A stretch of DNA of 64,000 bases from Calcarisporiella thermophila CBS 279.70 (lineage: Eukaryota > Fungi > Calcarisporiellomycota), in NCBI RefSeq assembly GCF_041956535.1, contig NW_027192214.1, positions 159,687 to 223,686 of the forward strand, in the 5' to 3' direction. This document shows, one piece after another, positions 37,104 through 50,186 of the stretch. A program made the position numbers and the translations under genes. The stretch's first letter is position 1, and every line of letters begins with the position of its first letter. The notes under the pieces are model-generated. The model saw only the letters and a list, made by a program, of their open reading frames with translations, did not search any database and was not told where the DNA came from.

Positions 37104-37442
37104 ACTATACGTGCGTTCATTTTCGCGTTAATCTTCGAGGATGTAAAAGCCACTCAAATTTTTGTAAACAATTTGAATTGTTCAGTTCCTTTCCGCCAAA
37201 AGCTAAATATTTCTCTTCGATCACCTCGGGTTCAATCGATCTTTTTTTTTTTCTTTCCTCCTTCGCGTTAAATTCTCCTACTTCCTCCATCCCCTTCTCC
37301 CTTTCCCTTACTCCAACCTATATACCGCTCAACAAAAAATAAACGGGGGCTTCTGCGATCACCAAGATTTCTTAGGATCTCTCCCATCTCCGCTTAATAA
37401 AACTCTACCTCCTAAGCTGCGATCTTTTTTTTTCACACGATA

Positions 37443-38369
37443 ATGGAATCCACTCTTGAACACTCCCCGAATCCTACTTCAATACCTAATGATGAAAATA
37501 AACAGCAGCAGGTGCAGCAGCAGGAAACATCAAAGCAAGAGCAATCTCAGCAAGAGCAATCTCAGCAAGAGCAGCCTGAGCAATCAATAAAAGAAGAGAC
37601 GAATAAGGAACTAGTGACTGTGTTTGAAGATCCTATAAATTATAATGTTAAGCATAGGTAATTGATCACCTCTCAATCCTGAATGCTGTAACCGTACCTT
37701 GATTAATAGTGTGCATTTCTACGTGCTGCGTAATTTAGGTTGCAAAATGGTTGGACACTTTGGTACGATAATCCGGGCAAAAAGGCAAATACGCAATCAT
37801 GGTCTCAAAACTTGAAGCAACTCATCACTTTCGACACAGTAGAGGATTTTTGGGGGTAAATTTAAATTCTAAAGGACATGAGAATCTGTCTCATCCAAGC
37901 GTGCTTACTCATCGACTATATTTTGACCACCCCCTTTAGAGTCTATAATAATGTCGCCAAAGCAAGTGAGCTGGCCATGGGAAGCAACTACCATCTCTTC
38001 AAAAAGGATGTTCGCCCCATGTGGGAGGACCCAGCCAACGCACAGGGTGGCAAATGGTCTGTGCAGCTCCCTCGGAACCGCACCGGCGATGCCATCAATG
38101 ACATGTGGCTCTATACGTTGCTAGCCTGTATCGGCGAAGCCTTTGAGCACGAGGAAGAGATCTGTGGATGTGTGGTGAGCGTACGCAAGATTTTCTATCG
38201 CATTGCCTTGTGGGTGCGAACGTGCGAGGACAGGGAAAAGTTGGAGCGAGTGGGAAGACAGCTCAAGGCCACACTTGGAATCAGCACACAGCTGCCGGTG
38301 GAATTCACGCCGCACTCGGAAAGTGCAAAGAGTGGGCCGCATGCGAATAAGGAGCGTTTTTCGGTGTAA
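37443..38369 (+). CDS. CDC33: Translation initiation factor eIF4E, 3 exons; head-to-head with ProRS
   Basis: KHRLQNGWTLWYD, FDTVEDFWG, YHLFKKDVRPMWEDPANAQGGKW and RIALW. Confidence 0.95.
37534..37578 (+). repeat. 15-bp coding tandem repeat x3 (QEQSQ) in the eIF4E N-terminus
   Basis: agcaagagcaatctc twice, then agcaagagcagcctg. Confidence 0.85.
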
Positions 38370-38905
38370 ATACTTTTGACTCGTTTTTTTTTCCACTCTA
38401 TTATTTCATTTTATTTTCTCCTCCTTTCTCTTTCTCCTTTTTTTTTCCTATTGTGTGTGTAATTTTTTATCTCATGGGTTTTTTTCTTTAGTAATTGATT
38501 CTTTGCTATTTTTTTCTTTTGTTTTTTGGTGAGGAAGTGTCGATTTTTTTTTTCGCAAAATTCGTCTTTTCTTAAAGATATATGAACCTTTTTTAAAGGA
38601 TAAGAATGAAAATCATAGACGACAAGCGATAAAGAATAATACCAGCAAAAGCACTATTGATTACAGAAGAAGGGGAGGAAGCATTGGAAATAGGAGGGCT
38701 ATAGATCAGGCGAAAAAGAGAGAGGAAGGGGGAGGGGGGGTGAGAATTAAATAAAAAAACAAGGAACTTTTTAATTATACACGCAGAATAAAGGTACATA
38801 AAAATAGTAGGAGTAACAAAATGATTACAACAGGGGTGGGAGATGAAATGCCTCGCCGTGGATTAATAGCATCGACAACAGGTGGAATACAACGAGGCTT
38901 TCCCC

Positions 38906-41900
38906 CTAATGCCTGCTGTGGTCCGAGGACCAGTTCGAGGACCAACCCAAGGATGTTTGCCGCAGTTGCGGAGCCGATATCTCGAGTTCGCGTACGGATT
39001 TTTTACGCTGCTTATGGCGCTTGTAGACATTAATAAAGAGGACGGTAAGTGCGGCGTAAATCTAGAGGTTATCAAGAATAGAATGAGTTCAAGGGCATTG
39101 TGTAGGAGGAAGGGGAGCCAAGCACCATCCGAAGCAAAGCGAGATAGGCTAGGAAGGAAATGGTCTACTTACAATGGTCGCCGCTGCAACGGAAACACCA
39201 ATGATAACCCCCTGGTTGCCTCCGCTTGTCCCGGTGGTATTCTGGGGACTGTTAGTCGCCCCCGGGGAAGTTAAGGCTAGATTGGTCTCATGAGGTTGGA
39301 TAGGATAGGTGTTGTCAATGAACCGAGTGACTTTCAACGATGGGTCGGTATAGAGTCGGCTGGTCTGGTTCTGGATCACGCCTTCCAGCCTGGGTACCAA
39401 ACTCCTGGGAACCGCAAGATGCACCAGTACGCCTTTTAAATCGGCTCCATCCCGCTTGATATTCCGGCGCTGCTGAGAGGGTGGCCGCGAAGCATCACTG
39501 ATGCTGAGAACAACAATTTGAGAGCTGGGGACCCCAAGCACTGTAGCCAGGTCATTCGGCAAGAAGTTGACGATTTGAGCGGCCAGCGTTTGATCGACGC
39601 ACACCTGCTTATAGGGAATGCTCAGGAGATGGATGCTGACGGTGACACCATCGGCCGGAGGGGAAGGCTCGTTGTTTGGAACGATGACTTCTGGCAGATT
39701 GACCAGAGTTTCAGTCGGTGTAGCAGTTTCAGTGGATGGAGTCTGCGTACTGCCTGTTGCTCTGGTGCTCGAAGGTGTCAATTGAATCGATGATGGTAAC
39801 CATGTCGCATAGGTCGCTGAGGAATGGGAGGTTTCAGTGGAAGTGGGCAAGAGGCGCGTCAAGACCGTGGAACCCATGGTGGGAGTAGATTTGTCTTCGT
39901 GACGACTTGTACTAACGCTAGGTGTGTGGGAGTGGTTACTCGCCAAAGAGGTATCGCTGGCTACTGTGGGGCTTGATGCACTTTCAGTGGAGGTCGTTGG
40001 AATATTAGGATTCACGCTCTCTGAGCCTGAGGGTACTTCCGTGCGAGATACAGAGGGGTGCGATCCGGATGTGTCGACCTTTGGAACTGAAGAGGGGCCC
40101 GATTGTGTCGGGTATCTTGTCAATGGATACCCGTCCGTTGGGAGGCTGCCTGCAGTCTCGAGCGGTACATTTGATGCCCCTGCTTGTGAAAGTGTGTCAC
40201 TACTCGAAATCGGAGTATTAGAGCTTGGAGTGGGTAGAGCTGCCTGGTCGGAAGTCCTAGTTTGGGGAGCAGTTAAGATATTTGAGCTGTCGCCAGAGGT
40301 AGAGCCAAAAGGAGTTTCGACCGAGGACTGGATTGTAGAAATGGAAGGCGGGATTGAATTGCTATTAGGGATCGGAGTGATAGCTTCCGTGGTGCTCTCT
40401 TTCGACTGGTTAGGAAACGAGCCAAGCTGAGTGGACTCGGACGGCTCGATTTCCGTGGCCCGGGTTGGCTCATCTTTGAGTATATTCGTCTCGGATGTCA
40501 CTGGGCTTGGTGTTATCAACGTTTCTCCTGGTCCAGGGACGTCCTCGATATCAGTTGTAGTCCCGGTTTCAGAATTATGAGGAACACCACCAGCACTATC
40601 CGACCCATCGGAGGTTGGGGTGGGATTGTCAGTGGGGATCGAAGAGGTAGCCGTTGGAACACCAGGATCGTTGAAGTCTGTCAATGCAGAGTGCTTGGCT
40701 GGGTTCGTCTTAGGATTGGGCTCCGACATGGTTGGTTCATCCTCCTGGGTCGTGGGCAGAGAAATTTCTTGCTCTTTTGAGCCATCGTGATTCCCGGTGT
40801 AGCCTTGGTCAGTTGCCGGGGTTGGATGCGCAGGGAATTCCTTTGTTTTCACTGGAGGCGCGGGAACGGTTGGTTCGTCGGGGGGGGGTTTGGTCGGTTC
40901 AAAATCCTCTCTGGGTGGATCCTCTATGTGCGAGTTTGTGCTCTCTCCATCCTTAGTATCCGTAGAGGGAGTAGGAGTAGTCTTCTCTCCCACGTCCTTA
41001 GTTTCTTTCACCACCGGTGTATTCTCCTTTGACAAATTAGGGTTCTCCCTAAATCCAACACCTATGGGCGGCATTAGGTGAATTGTGAATTTGCTAGTTA
41101 TTGATGTGGGTGAAGACAGTAACGGACTGATAGGGAAGGAGGATGCTGGTGGAATATTCACTCTGGGAGCCCCACTCACGATCGCATTCGGATTATCCAG
41201 AAAAACACCACTGCTTGTCCTGGTTAACAGTGGGGTAGCTTTGGAAGTTCTCTCTGGGGGCTTGGTAAGAGTTGATTTAGCTTCAAGAGCGTTTGATGTG
41301 GAAGCGTTGGCTTCGAGGGGATTAAAAATGGATGGGTTTACTACTGGCACTTTGTCCGCGGCTGCCATCGAGAACTGCATATTTGTAGCCCTTGTTGGTG
41401 GGAATGACTTTACAACAGCTGAGTTGGTAATAATTTGTAAAACTGGCCTATCTTTTGTAGTCGTAGGTGAGGAAAATGGAGCAGGGGTTTGTGAACCACT
41501 CTGGTTTAACGAGGGGAGTGATTTTGCAGCAGCTACGTTGGAAGAACTTTGAAAGACCGTCTGATCTCTTGTAGTCGTAGATGGGGACGCAATCTCAGTG
41601 GTAAGTGACCTGCTTTGGTGTAGCGAAGGGGTTGGATTTACAACAGCTATGTTGGCAGAGCTTTGTAAATTTGGCCTATCTCTCGTAGCCGTAGATGAGG
41701 GTGCTGTCGCAGGGACTTGTGGACTGCTCTGGGTTAACGAGGAAGTCGATTTTACAACAACCGTATTGGCAGGACTCTGGAAAGCCGGCTTGTCTTTTGT
41801 AGTCGTAGATAAGGGCACAATCTCAGAGGCAGGTGAATCGCTCGGGTTTAACGAGGGGGCTGATTTTACAGCAGCTGCATTGGCAGAGCTTTGAAAAACT

Positions 41901-42681
41901 GGCCTATCTTTTGTAGTCGCAGATGAGGGCACAATCTCAGAGAAAAGTGAACCGCTCTGGTTTAACGAAGGGGTTGACCGTGCTGATGTGTCTGAGTTAA
42001 CTTGTGAAAGAGATTGAGACGTCGATAGGTCATCCGAACTCTGACGAAGAGGTGTGCGCGCTGCATCGTCTACAACTGTTGCCGATTTGAATGGAATCTC
42101 CTCCTTAGTTGTTAGGCGCGCCGCTGTAAAAGCCTCTAAAGAAGAGAGCGGTACGGTGGAGGCTCCATTAACGGCTGTTCCAAATGTTGAAGTTGCTTTC
42201 TCTTCAGGTAATAGGGGTGGTTTTGACGAACCACCATCAACAGAGGCGACATTCGGCTTTTTCGTTGCTTCAGTCCCACTGCTAACCACATCCCCAGGCT
42301 GCTCCGACTCACCACTCTCTATCGATGGCAGCGGAGCGCTGTATTGCCTTTGGCTCGATAGGGGTAAAAGTTCTGGTGGACTATAGGCTTGGGAAGGCTT
42401 GTCATTCTCCGGCTGGTATTCAATAAGACCAAAACAGTGTGTTAGTATTCTGAATCAGTGACCTTTGGAATAGCATAAGAAAATACCTGGTATGGTACAT
42501 TCAATGTGGGAAATTGATTGGGAGCAAAAGAAGATTCCATAAATTGTATATTTCGTGGATCAAAATCGTAAAGGCTCCGGCCCACATTCTTGCCACCGAC
42601 GTCTTCGCCACATGCCAACGCGGTGTATACCACTAGAGATACTAGGGTGATTAGAGGAGAATTAGGTAGTATAATGCGCAT
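38906..42681 (-). CDS. MSB2: Signalling mucin of the Msb2/Hkr1 family, 3 exons
   Basis: Signal peptide, about 900 aa rich in S/T/P, HMH domain (LPEVIVP...AAQIVNFLP), TM GVIIGVSVAAATI|IYAALTVLFINVY, and a tail with ISAPQLRQTSLGWS that matches the Msb2 IS.P....NSLGW motif. Confidence 0.85.
41405..41974 (-). repeat. Five 114-bp (38-aa) coding tandem repeats in the mucin domain
   Basis: The unit resembles PSLNQSGSLFSEIVPSSATTKDRPVFQSSANAAAVKSA. Anchor motifs at 41961, 41847, 41733, 41619 and 41505 are spaced exactly 114 bp apart. Confidence 0.9.
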
Positions 42682-43170
42682 ATTGATTTAGTGAAAATGA
42701 GAAACGCCAGAATGTTTGAGGATTATAATGGGAGTGTATATGTCACAGAGAAGAATGTGGCAACACAGTCCAATTGAATGGAATGGTTGAAGGGTGGACA
42801 GAAAAAGAATGAAAGGAATGGGCAGAGACTCTAAAATCTGGAGAAAAGCGGGGCTTCAAGAGCGAACCATTCAATTAGGGGAAAAAGCTAGGGGAACTAA
42901 GAGAGTATGGGAGGGCGAAATGAAGAAGACTGCCCATGCTTAGGTAAGAAGTGAGGCTATAATAGGCACAACCGAGAATACAGTTTATAGGGGACATCTC
43001 TAGGGCAGAAATTAGCAAATGGGCAAAGTTTAAAGTTTTAGACGCAGTGTAAAACAGGATGAATCCGGCCAAGAGTTCGGACTTGGAATTCTGTGACGTG
43101 AGAATCGCCCTTGTGCCGCCCAACGGTCCGTCAATCGGCATTAGGTTAGCTTGGGTTAGGGGAATTGAAT

Positions 43171-43240
43171 CGCGAAATTCCTCAACGCGTTGGAATTTTT
43201 ACAATGCGCAGGAAAACAACAAATATATTCTTAGACGCGT
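43171..43240. promoter_or_regulatory. SCB (CGCGAAA) plus two MCB (ACGCGT) elements upstream of kinesin-5
   Basis: CGCGAAA at 43171-43177, and ACGCGT at 43185-43190 and 43235-43240. Confidence 0.55.
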
Positions 43241-43430
43241 TATTTCTGAAGGAATTGGTTGACTTTATTTAAACCTAACGGAATTTCTCTACATTTCTTC
43301 CAATTCGCCCCATTTATCTTCTGCTTGCTATATCCACCATTGAATTCGTGTCGGCAATTCCTTCTCTTTCTGTTGTTATATTTTTCCAATTTCTTTATTA
43401 GTTTTTCTTTGTTTTTAATCGCCTCTTGTA

Positions 43431-46400
43431 ATGCCACCTACTCCGTCAGATAATATTCAGGTGGTAGTTCGATGCAGGTCCGTTGTTGAGCATTTTTCCT
43501 ACGGCTATATTCACTACGTATCTGATATCTCTATATTTATTCTAGAGGGAGAAGCGAACGAGAGATTCGCGAGGGCTCAAGGGAGGTGGTAATAACAAGC
43601 GCCGTCCGCGGTCGTGAAGTAACTCTCCGTTCCAACCCCCTTGACGTTGCGTCTTCTAAAACATACACATTTGATGGCGTATTTGGGCCTGAGGCGGATC
43701 AAGAGGTTATATTCAACGATGTAGTCGCTCCAATTTTGGAGGAGGTAAAAGAAAATGATTGAATTGGTCTAAAAACAGTGCTTAATTCTGTGCGTATCAA
43801 ACAGGTTATGAAGGGGTATAACTGTACAATATTCGCCTACGGGCAGACCTCCACGGGGAAAACGTAGGAGAGAATGATATTGTATGATATTCTAAACACT
43901 TGTTCTAATGTTTTAAATACGGAACAGATATACCATGGAGGGTGATCTCGATATAGTTGATTCCCAACTTAGTAGTAGTGCAGGCATTGTTCCACGGGCT
44001 TTGCAGAGTTTATTTAATACACTTGAAGCAGAACAGGCAGACTATCTTGTTCGTGCATCCTTTATTGAGCTATACAACGAGGAGATGAAGGATCTACTCT
44101 CTCCAGATGATGATGCTCGCAAACTACGACTCTTCGAGGATCCAACCAAAAAGGATAGAGGCGTGCACATTCAGGGCCTGGAGGAAGTGCACTTGAAGAA
44201 CGCAGAGCAGGGAATACAGTATTTAAAACAGGGTTCACATAGACGTCGGATTGCAGCAACAAAATGCAACGACAAGTCTAGGTACGAGAAGGAATAGGGC
44301 ACGAGGGTTTTTTTTTCGTTTTATTAATTGTCTATCCTAATAGTCGATCACATTCCGTCTTCACCCTCACCATTAATATCAAGGAGACAACCGCTGCGGG
44401 GGAAGATCTTCTCAAGATCGGAAAGCTCAATCTTGTTGACTTGGCAGGATCAGAGAACATCAGTCGCTCAGGGGCTGAGAATATCCGCGCGCGTGAGGCT
44501 GGTATGATCAACACAAGTCTCCTAACCCTTGGCCGTGTGATCAATGCGCTCGTGGAGAATTCGTCGCACGTCCCATATCGAGAGAGCAAATTGACGAGAC
44601 TGCTGCAGGACTCGTTGGGTGGCCGAACTAAGACTTGCATCATTGCGACCATCTCCCCCGCGAAAATGAATCTGGAGGAGACAGAGAGCACCCTCAAATA
44701 TGCGAGCAGAGCAAAGAACATCAAGAACAAGCCTGAAGTCAACCAGCGTATGACAACAAAGCTGCTGCTGAAAGAGTACGAGAACGAAATCGAACGATTA
44801 CAGAAGGATTTATTGGTGAGAAAGATGGAAATTCACATAATGGTTTAATTGATATTCTGAACGTCCTCGACAAACTCCTATTAGGCGGCGCGAGAAAAAC
44901 ACGGCGTTTATCTGTCACAAGAGTCCTATCAGGCATTTGTAGAGGAGAAAGAGTCTCGCAATCATCAGTTTGAAGAGATGAAACATAGCATCGAAACCCT
45001 ACAGAATACGCTCAAACATGCAGAGCACAAATACCAGCAGAAGATGCGAGCGCTCGCTGAAACTCAAGCAGAACTAAATGGGATACGGGTATGAGCGAAA
45101 AATAACAAATTTCTTAATTTTTTTTTGTTTATATGCTGGTATATCAATCTAGGTGGAGCTAAGCGATAGCAGGAGAGCTCTGGAAAGTATGAAGCAAGAA
45201 GTGCAAGAGCAGCGAATTCTACGCCAAGTGCATGAAAAGACGGAGTCCAAGCTTAACACGCTCGCAACTGGCCTAGTTTCGAAGCTGTCAGATAGTGTCA
45301 GTGATGTGAACGGGCTACACGAGAAAATAAGTACGTATCTGGATGACGACATTTTAAGCTTAGAAAAACTTGACATCCTATTATTGAACCTATGGCATAG
45401 ATCGAAAGGATCTCATTGAGATGGACAATCGACGAGTTTTTGAGAATTTCCGTGAAACGCTGCTCCAGAGTATGTTCCAAGTTCACAGTATATTGACAGA
45501 ATTCCACTCGATCATGGGACAGCAGTCGAGTGGATTTGAAAACAAATTGGAAGAATTTCAAAAGAGCCAGAAGAGTGTAAGTATACTTCTCCGCCCTACT
45601 CTCATTGACAATAGAAATATTGAACCATAGATTGTTCGTAGAGCTTAACAAAAACGCAAAGTCAACTCGAGCATCAACTGAATAAACTTAAAGATGAATT
45701 GGCCCGGAATCAATCTATTTCTGTGGAGCAGCAGACTGGGCGCGATCAGCTCGTTAAGATGATTGAAGCTGTGACGGAGGGGTTGAAACAAGACCTTTCG
45801 ACTCAACGGCAGCGTACAGAATCCATTTCGGCGGAGGTGCTGGCCGAAATACATGAGGCCATGTATCACGCTTCTCAACGGGTAATGTTGCGTTGCAATG
45901 AATTGGAGAGTACTCTTAAGGGGGCGGAGGAGCGACTTGCAGCATTAGAAGCGTGCCAAAATCAGACTCGTGACGCCTCGAATATGTTTACAGAGGAGAT
46001 TTTGGAACAAGTTTTACCTGGAATCGAGAATCAAACTCGCTCCATACCTCAGATAGTGGAGCATAAATTCCAGAGGTCCTCACAAGCTGCCGAGAAGCTG
46101 CTGAAAAATATTGGGGCGATGCTGGGCGAATTCATGGATGATCAACGCCGCGAAGTTCTGACTGCAGTACAAGAAGTAGATCATGCATTGAGGGAGAGGG
46201 GAACGCAGTTTCGAAGCAAGGTGCAAGAGCACCGTGAGACTATCCAGAAGCTTAGCGAAAATCAAAAAGCCGAAGCGCTTGCCGTATATCAACAGCTTCG
46301 TCTTATGTCAGACCATAGGACAGAGCTCGGGCACCGTGCCGAGGAAGATTCCAAAGCAATGCTAAATTTGGTAGAAGGGGCTCGAGCTCGTATCATGAAG

Positions 46401-47366
46401 GAGATCGACGCCCACTCTCAGCACCTGGCTTCCAAGCATACACAATACAATAGCATCGCATCCCAATGTAATACACTGACCTTTTCTCACCTCTGTTTAT
46501 CTAGTTTGATCTTAATTTCCTTCTCCCCCCCTCTTGCTTTGGGGTTCTATAGATTCTACCGCATCCCAAGCAGTCGAAGCTAAATTAGAAGCCTATGCGC
46601 CAGTATTACATCGGGCGCAGGCCATATGGGAAACAAGCAAAGCACGGGCAGAGAGTGATCAGAGCGTGACTTCAAAATTGGTCGACTATGTGAGACATAT
46701 GGTAGGAATACATGTTGTTTTGGATAGAATGATAATGTTGAGCAAATTATAACCCCTCTTCCCAAACATTAGACGACGACAAGTTCAAAGCAACGTGAAG
46801 CTTACTTGGAGCGCGCGTGTAATGAGTTAAAGCATGCTCGTGATGAGGCTGAAAATCTTGTGTCTAAGCGATTGAAGGTAGATGTGACCACCGGAAAGAC
46901 TCCACGGCCCCGCAGCTATAAGTACCCGAGGCGATGGCAAGTGAGCAATAATGATGAAATCCTTGAGGAATGGCGTGCGCGTGGAAAAGTACGGCTGCAC
47001 TTCCTGTCGGACGAAGAAGATGAGTATATTACGGGGTCCGACGAAAACTCTCCACTTACGGAGATCAAGTCATCGCAAGAAAATAATGAGGGCCGGGTTT
47101 TAGCGGATATGAGTAATGGTCGACTTGCACCGACGAATAATCGCCTCTCCCCATTAGAAAAAATGCAAGCTCTCTCACCATCCACTCTTATAACAAAGAG
47201 AAAAGTGGTGTCTCCATCGTCCCCGCCTTCAATTACCCCACAGGCCACTGAACCATCAATCCCACAGCTCCCTTCGCAGCCGGTGTTAATGGATGCCATA
47301 CAGGATATTCAAAAAACTAGCCAGATACCTAGGCCACCGAGACGATCAAAGCGAACAAGAGCATAG
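43431..47366 (+). CDS. bimC: Kinesin-5 (BimC/Cut7/Kip1/Eg5 family), about 11 exons
   Basis: [10 protein letters not shown]-loop [29 protein letters not shown] and [19 protein letters not shown], a coiled-coil stalk, and the BimC box [13 protein letters not shown]. Confidence 0.95.
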
Positions 47367-47889
47367 TCTTTCATAGCATTCCATTTTTTCTCTCTATGAA
47401 CTCTTATCTCCATTTTGACTTCTCAGTTATTATTTTCTGTAAACAACCCATTAGAAGCCTTTATTGTATGTGCGTGTGTGTTTTTTTAACCTATTATTCC
47501 CTTTATTCGATTTTTTAATCGTTTATTTTTTTTTTCATTTATCTATTTGCTAGGAGTTTACTTCCTTACCCACTTGTAATATTTGTGTTGTTTATTCTCG
47601 ATGAATACACAGTGGAGTGTTTTGTCAAAAAGTCTCAATTAGGCTAGGCAAGTCCCTCTAGGATTGAGAGGAAAGAAATCTTGCTTTAAAAACTACAAAA
47701 GATATATACATAAGGCAAAAGAGAGTAATTAATAAAAAAGCATACAAAATAAAAGGGTGGTTTAGAAGGGGGGAGTAGGACGAAATTAGCTGATATTTCA
47801 GGATAAAAGGGTGTGATTAATAATTAAGTCATATATAGGAAAACGAATAAATGCAGAAGATATACAGGTGGAGCATGAAAAAGGTTTGA

Positions 47890-48843
47890 TTAAAGGATGG
47901 CGGAAGAGTAGCGGCGGTACCTTCTTCCTCGCATAGCCTGAACCAAGGGCGAGTTCCGGCACACCTCCTCCACCTTAAAGTGCCGCTTCATGGCATCCGT
48001 GCGCGCGAAACCCTTGCTGCAGCAGGGACAGGTGTAAGGTTTGTCTCCCGTGTGCACTCGCATGTGACGCTGCAGATCGTGTTTGCGGGTGAATGCTCTG
48101 GGGCACGAGGAACAAGCAAAGGGCCGAGTCGCTTCATGTGTGCGGAGGTGAGCGCGCAGGTTATGGTAGCGAGTGAACGTCTTGCCGCAATTGAAGAGGG
48201 GGCATGTGACTGGACCCTGCGAAGACTTCGATGAGTTGATTCTGGGGGGCTTGGAGAGTTGCAAGCTGTAGCGGGTGCGGAGGGGGGCGGAGGGAGGTGG
48301 AGAAGAGGAGAAGTTGGACGATGGGTCGTGCGAGGAAGGATTGCCCTGGTAGGGCTGGAGAGGTGGGGGGAGCACCTGCAGAAGTGGATCGCACCCCACA
48401 TTGTTCTGCTCCTCTGTGAGAGAGTTCTCCGGCGAGCTGTGGGGGAAAAACGGGTGTACGGAGGAGATGGGGGAGGGCACGGTGAAGGGCTGGACTGCAA
48501 GCTTGTCTTTTGCAGCGGTGGGGTTGCCGTTGGCGGGGAGAGACACCTGCGCACAGGACTGGTAGAATGGATCATACATGTTCACCGAAGCCACTTGGCT
48601 AGCTTGAGCGTTCTCTCCTCGAGTAAGGAGTGAGAAAATCTCTGGCGAAACCGGCGATGATTGGGGAAAGTCGGTGGAGAGTGGAGACCAGGAGAGGTCT
48701 GAGCCTATTGCCAGGGCTTCGCTGTCTGTATGGCACACATCTTGCCTGGTGCTATATACTTCTGTGGGAGGGTTGACCTCCTCGCTCCAAGAGAAAATAT
48801 CGGTAGCAAAGTTTGGCTCTGTGAACTGCAAATCAAGCTCCAT
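47890..48843 (-). CDS. Intronless three-finger C2H2 transcription factor with Crz1-like fingers
   Basis: CGKTFTRYHNLRAHLRTH...FACSSCPRAFTRKHDLQRHMRVH...CSKGFARTDAMKRHF resembles the Crz1 fingers. I saw no clear PxIxIT calcineurin-docking motif. Confidence 0.88.
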   Translation of the reverse strand: MELDLQFTEPNFATDIFSWSEEVNPPTEVYSTRQDVCHTDSEALAIGSDLSWSPLSTDFPQSSPVSPEIFSLLTRGENAQASQVASVNMYDPFYQSCAQVSLPANGNPTAAKDKLAVQPFTVPSPISSVHPFFPHSSPENSLTEEQNNVGCDPLLQVLPPPLQPYQGNPSSHDPSSNFSSSPPPSAPLRTRYSLQLSKPPRINSSKSSQGPVTCPLFNCGKTFTRYHNLRAHLRTHEATRPFACSSCPRAFTRKHDLQRHMRVHTGDKPYTCPCCSKGFARTDAMKRHFKVEEVCRNSPLVQAMRGRRYRRYSSAIL

Positions 48844-50186
48844 TGCTATGCGTTATAGAGTGGGGTGTATTATTCAGACTTCAAATGTAGTTAGGAAATC
48901 TCCAGAGCACAGACGAATATGAAGTATGGAATAGAAAAAAGCAGAAGAAAAAACAATTTTGGAGGAAGCAAGAACAGTAAAATAAAGAAAGCACTGTATA
49001 GGTTGGCAAATTTCTTCTCGCCCTGTCACTCTCAGGAAATTTGGACGGTTTTATATTCGGGCTAACGGATTAAATAGAAAAATATTCGAAACAAGAGATC
49101 CCTTCCCCTTGTGAATAAGTGGTAAAAAGGGATGTTAATAATCAAACGCAGATGCATGTTTGATCCATATGAAGTGAGGAAAAATGTTTTAATTTTCGGC
49201 CGAATCAACTTTTGGAACAGAAAGTTTCTGTCGTCCAGTGTCATATATTCCGATTATCAAGAAAAAAAGCAAATAAAATGTGAGGGCAGGGTCAAGGCGC
49301 AGAGCAAAAAAAAAGGAGGATTTACTTCGTATGTGGCCAATCACAAAAACATAAGGGAACCAAGCGTGAGATTACTTCTGACTTGGCGTGAAATGTACTA
49401 CCACTTTTTAGAGGGCTCTATTCTTGAGAAAAAGAGTATGCCAATGATACCGTTGCGCATCTGGGAGCAGCGAGTTCAACGGTGCCGGTATCGGACCAGC
49501 TCCGGCCTAGCTTTGTATGCGTGCGGCCTTCATTGCCGGTTGTACGCGGAGAAAGGCTCCTCTATTAAGTGTATTGACATTCCCAAAAGGATCTCCGATC
49601 GATATCAATATCAAAATGATATTGCTCGATTTGAACTAATTTAACCGAGTATTAATAGTTATCACGGTCATATCCTCTGTTTTATTTGTTGCAGAAACAA
49701 GCTGTTAATAATGAATTGTTACGATAAACCGCTTCTCAGCAAAAATTTGCCGTTTCGAGCTTTTTTTTTCCTACGCATGGACCATTTTTTTCCGAAATGT
49801 GATAGCATGGAATACGCCAAGTTTCCTTACCCTTTCCTTTTTTTTCCCTCGCATGCTTAAGTGGGCGCATCCCATCACACACACAGCCAGGCAGGTGCGG
49901 AGAACTCTCAATCCGCTCCGATCGCTCCTAATGAGCGCGGATTTGGTCTTGGTTGCAAGGAGGATCTTAAACCCTTAATTTGATAAGAGTGGCCATATTT
50001 CCGGTTTGCTAGTGGAGATGGGACTCGTTAGGAATATTCACCTCTTTTATTAAAAATCACGCCCACAAACATTCAGGCAACGCGAAATATAACGAACAGC
50101 TTTGTCTAGTTAATAACAGATGTTTTCCTAAAGCATCCCGTCTATTCAATGTCCAAGCCTTCCACCTCCCCCCACACACTGCTGCC

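Noticed and set aside
49132-49644. 170-aa + strand ORF between the Crz1-like gene and SLH1
   Set aside because: No recognisable motif, and the poly-A-derived Lys runs suggest promoter sequence.
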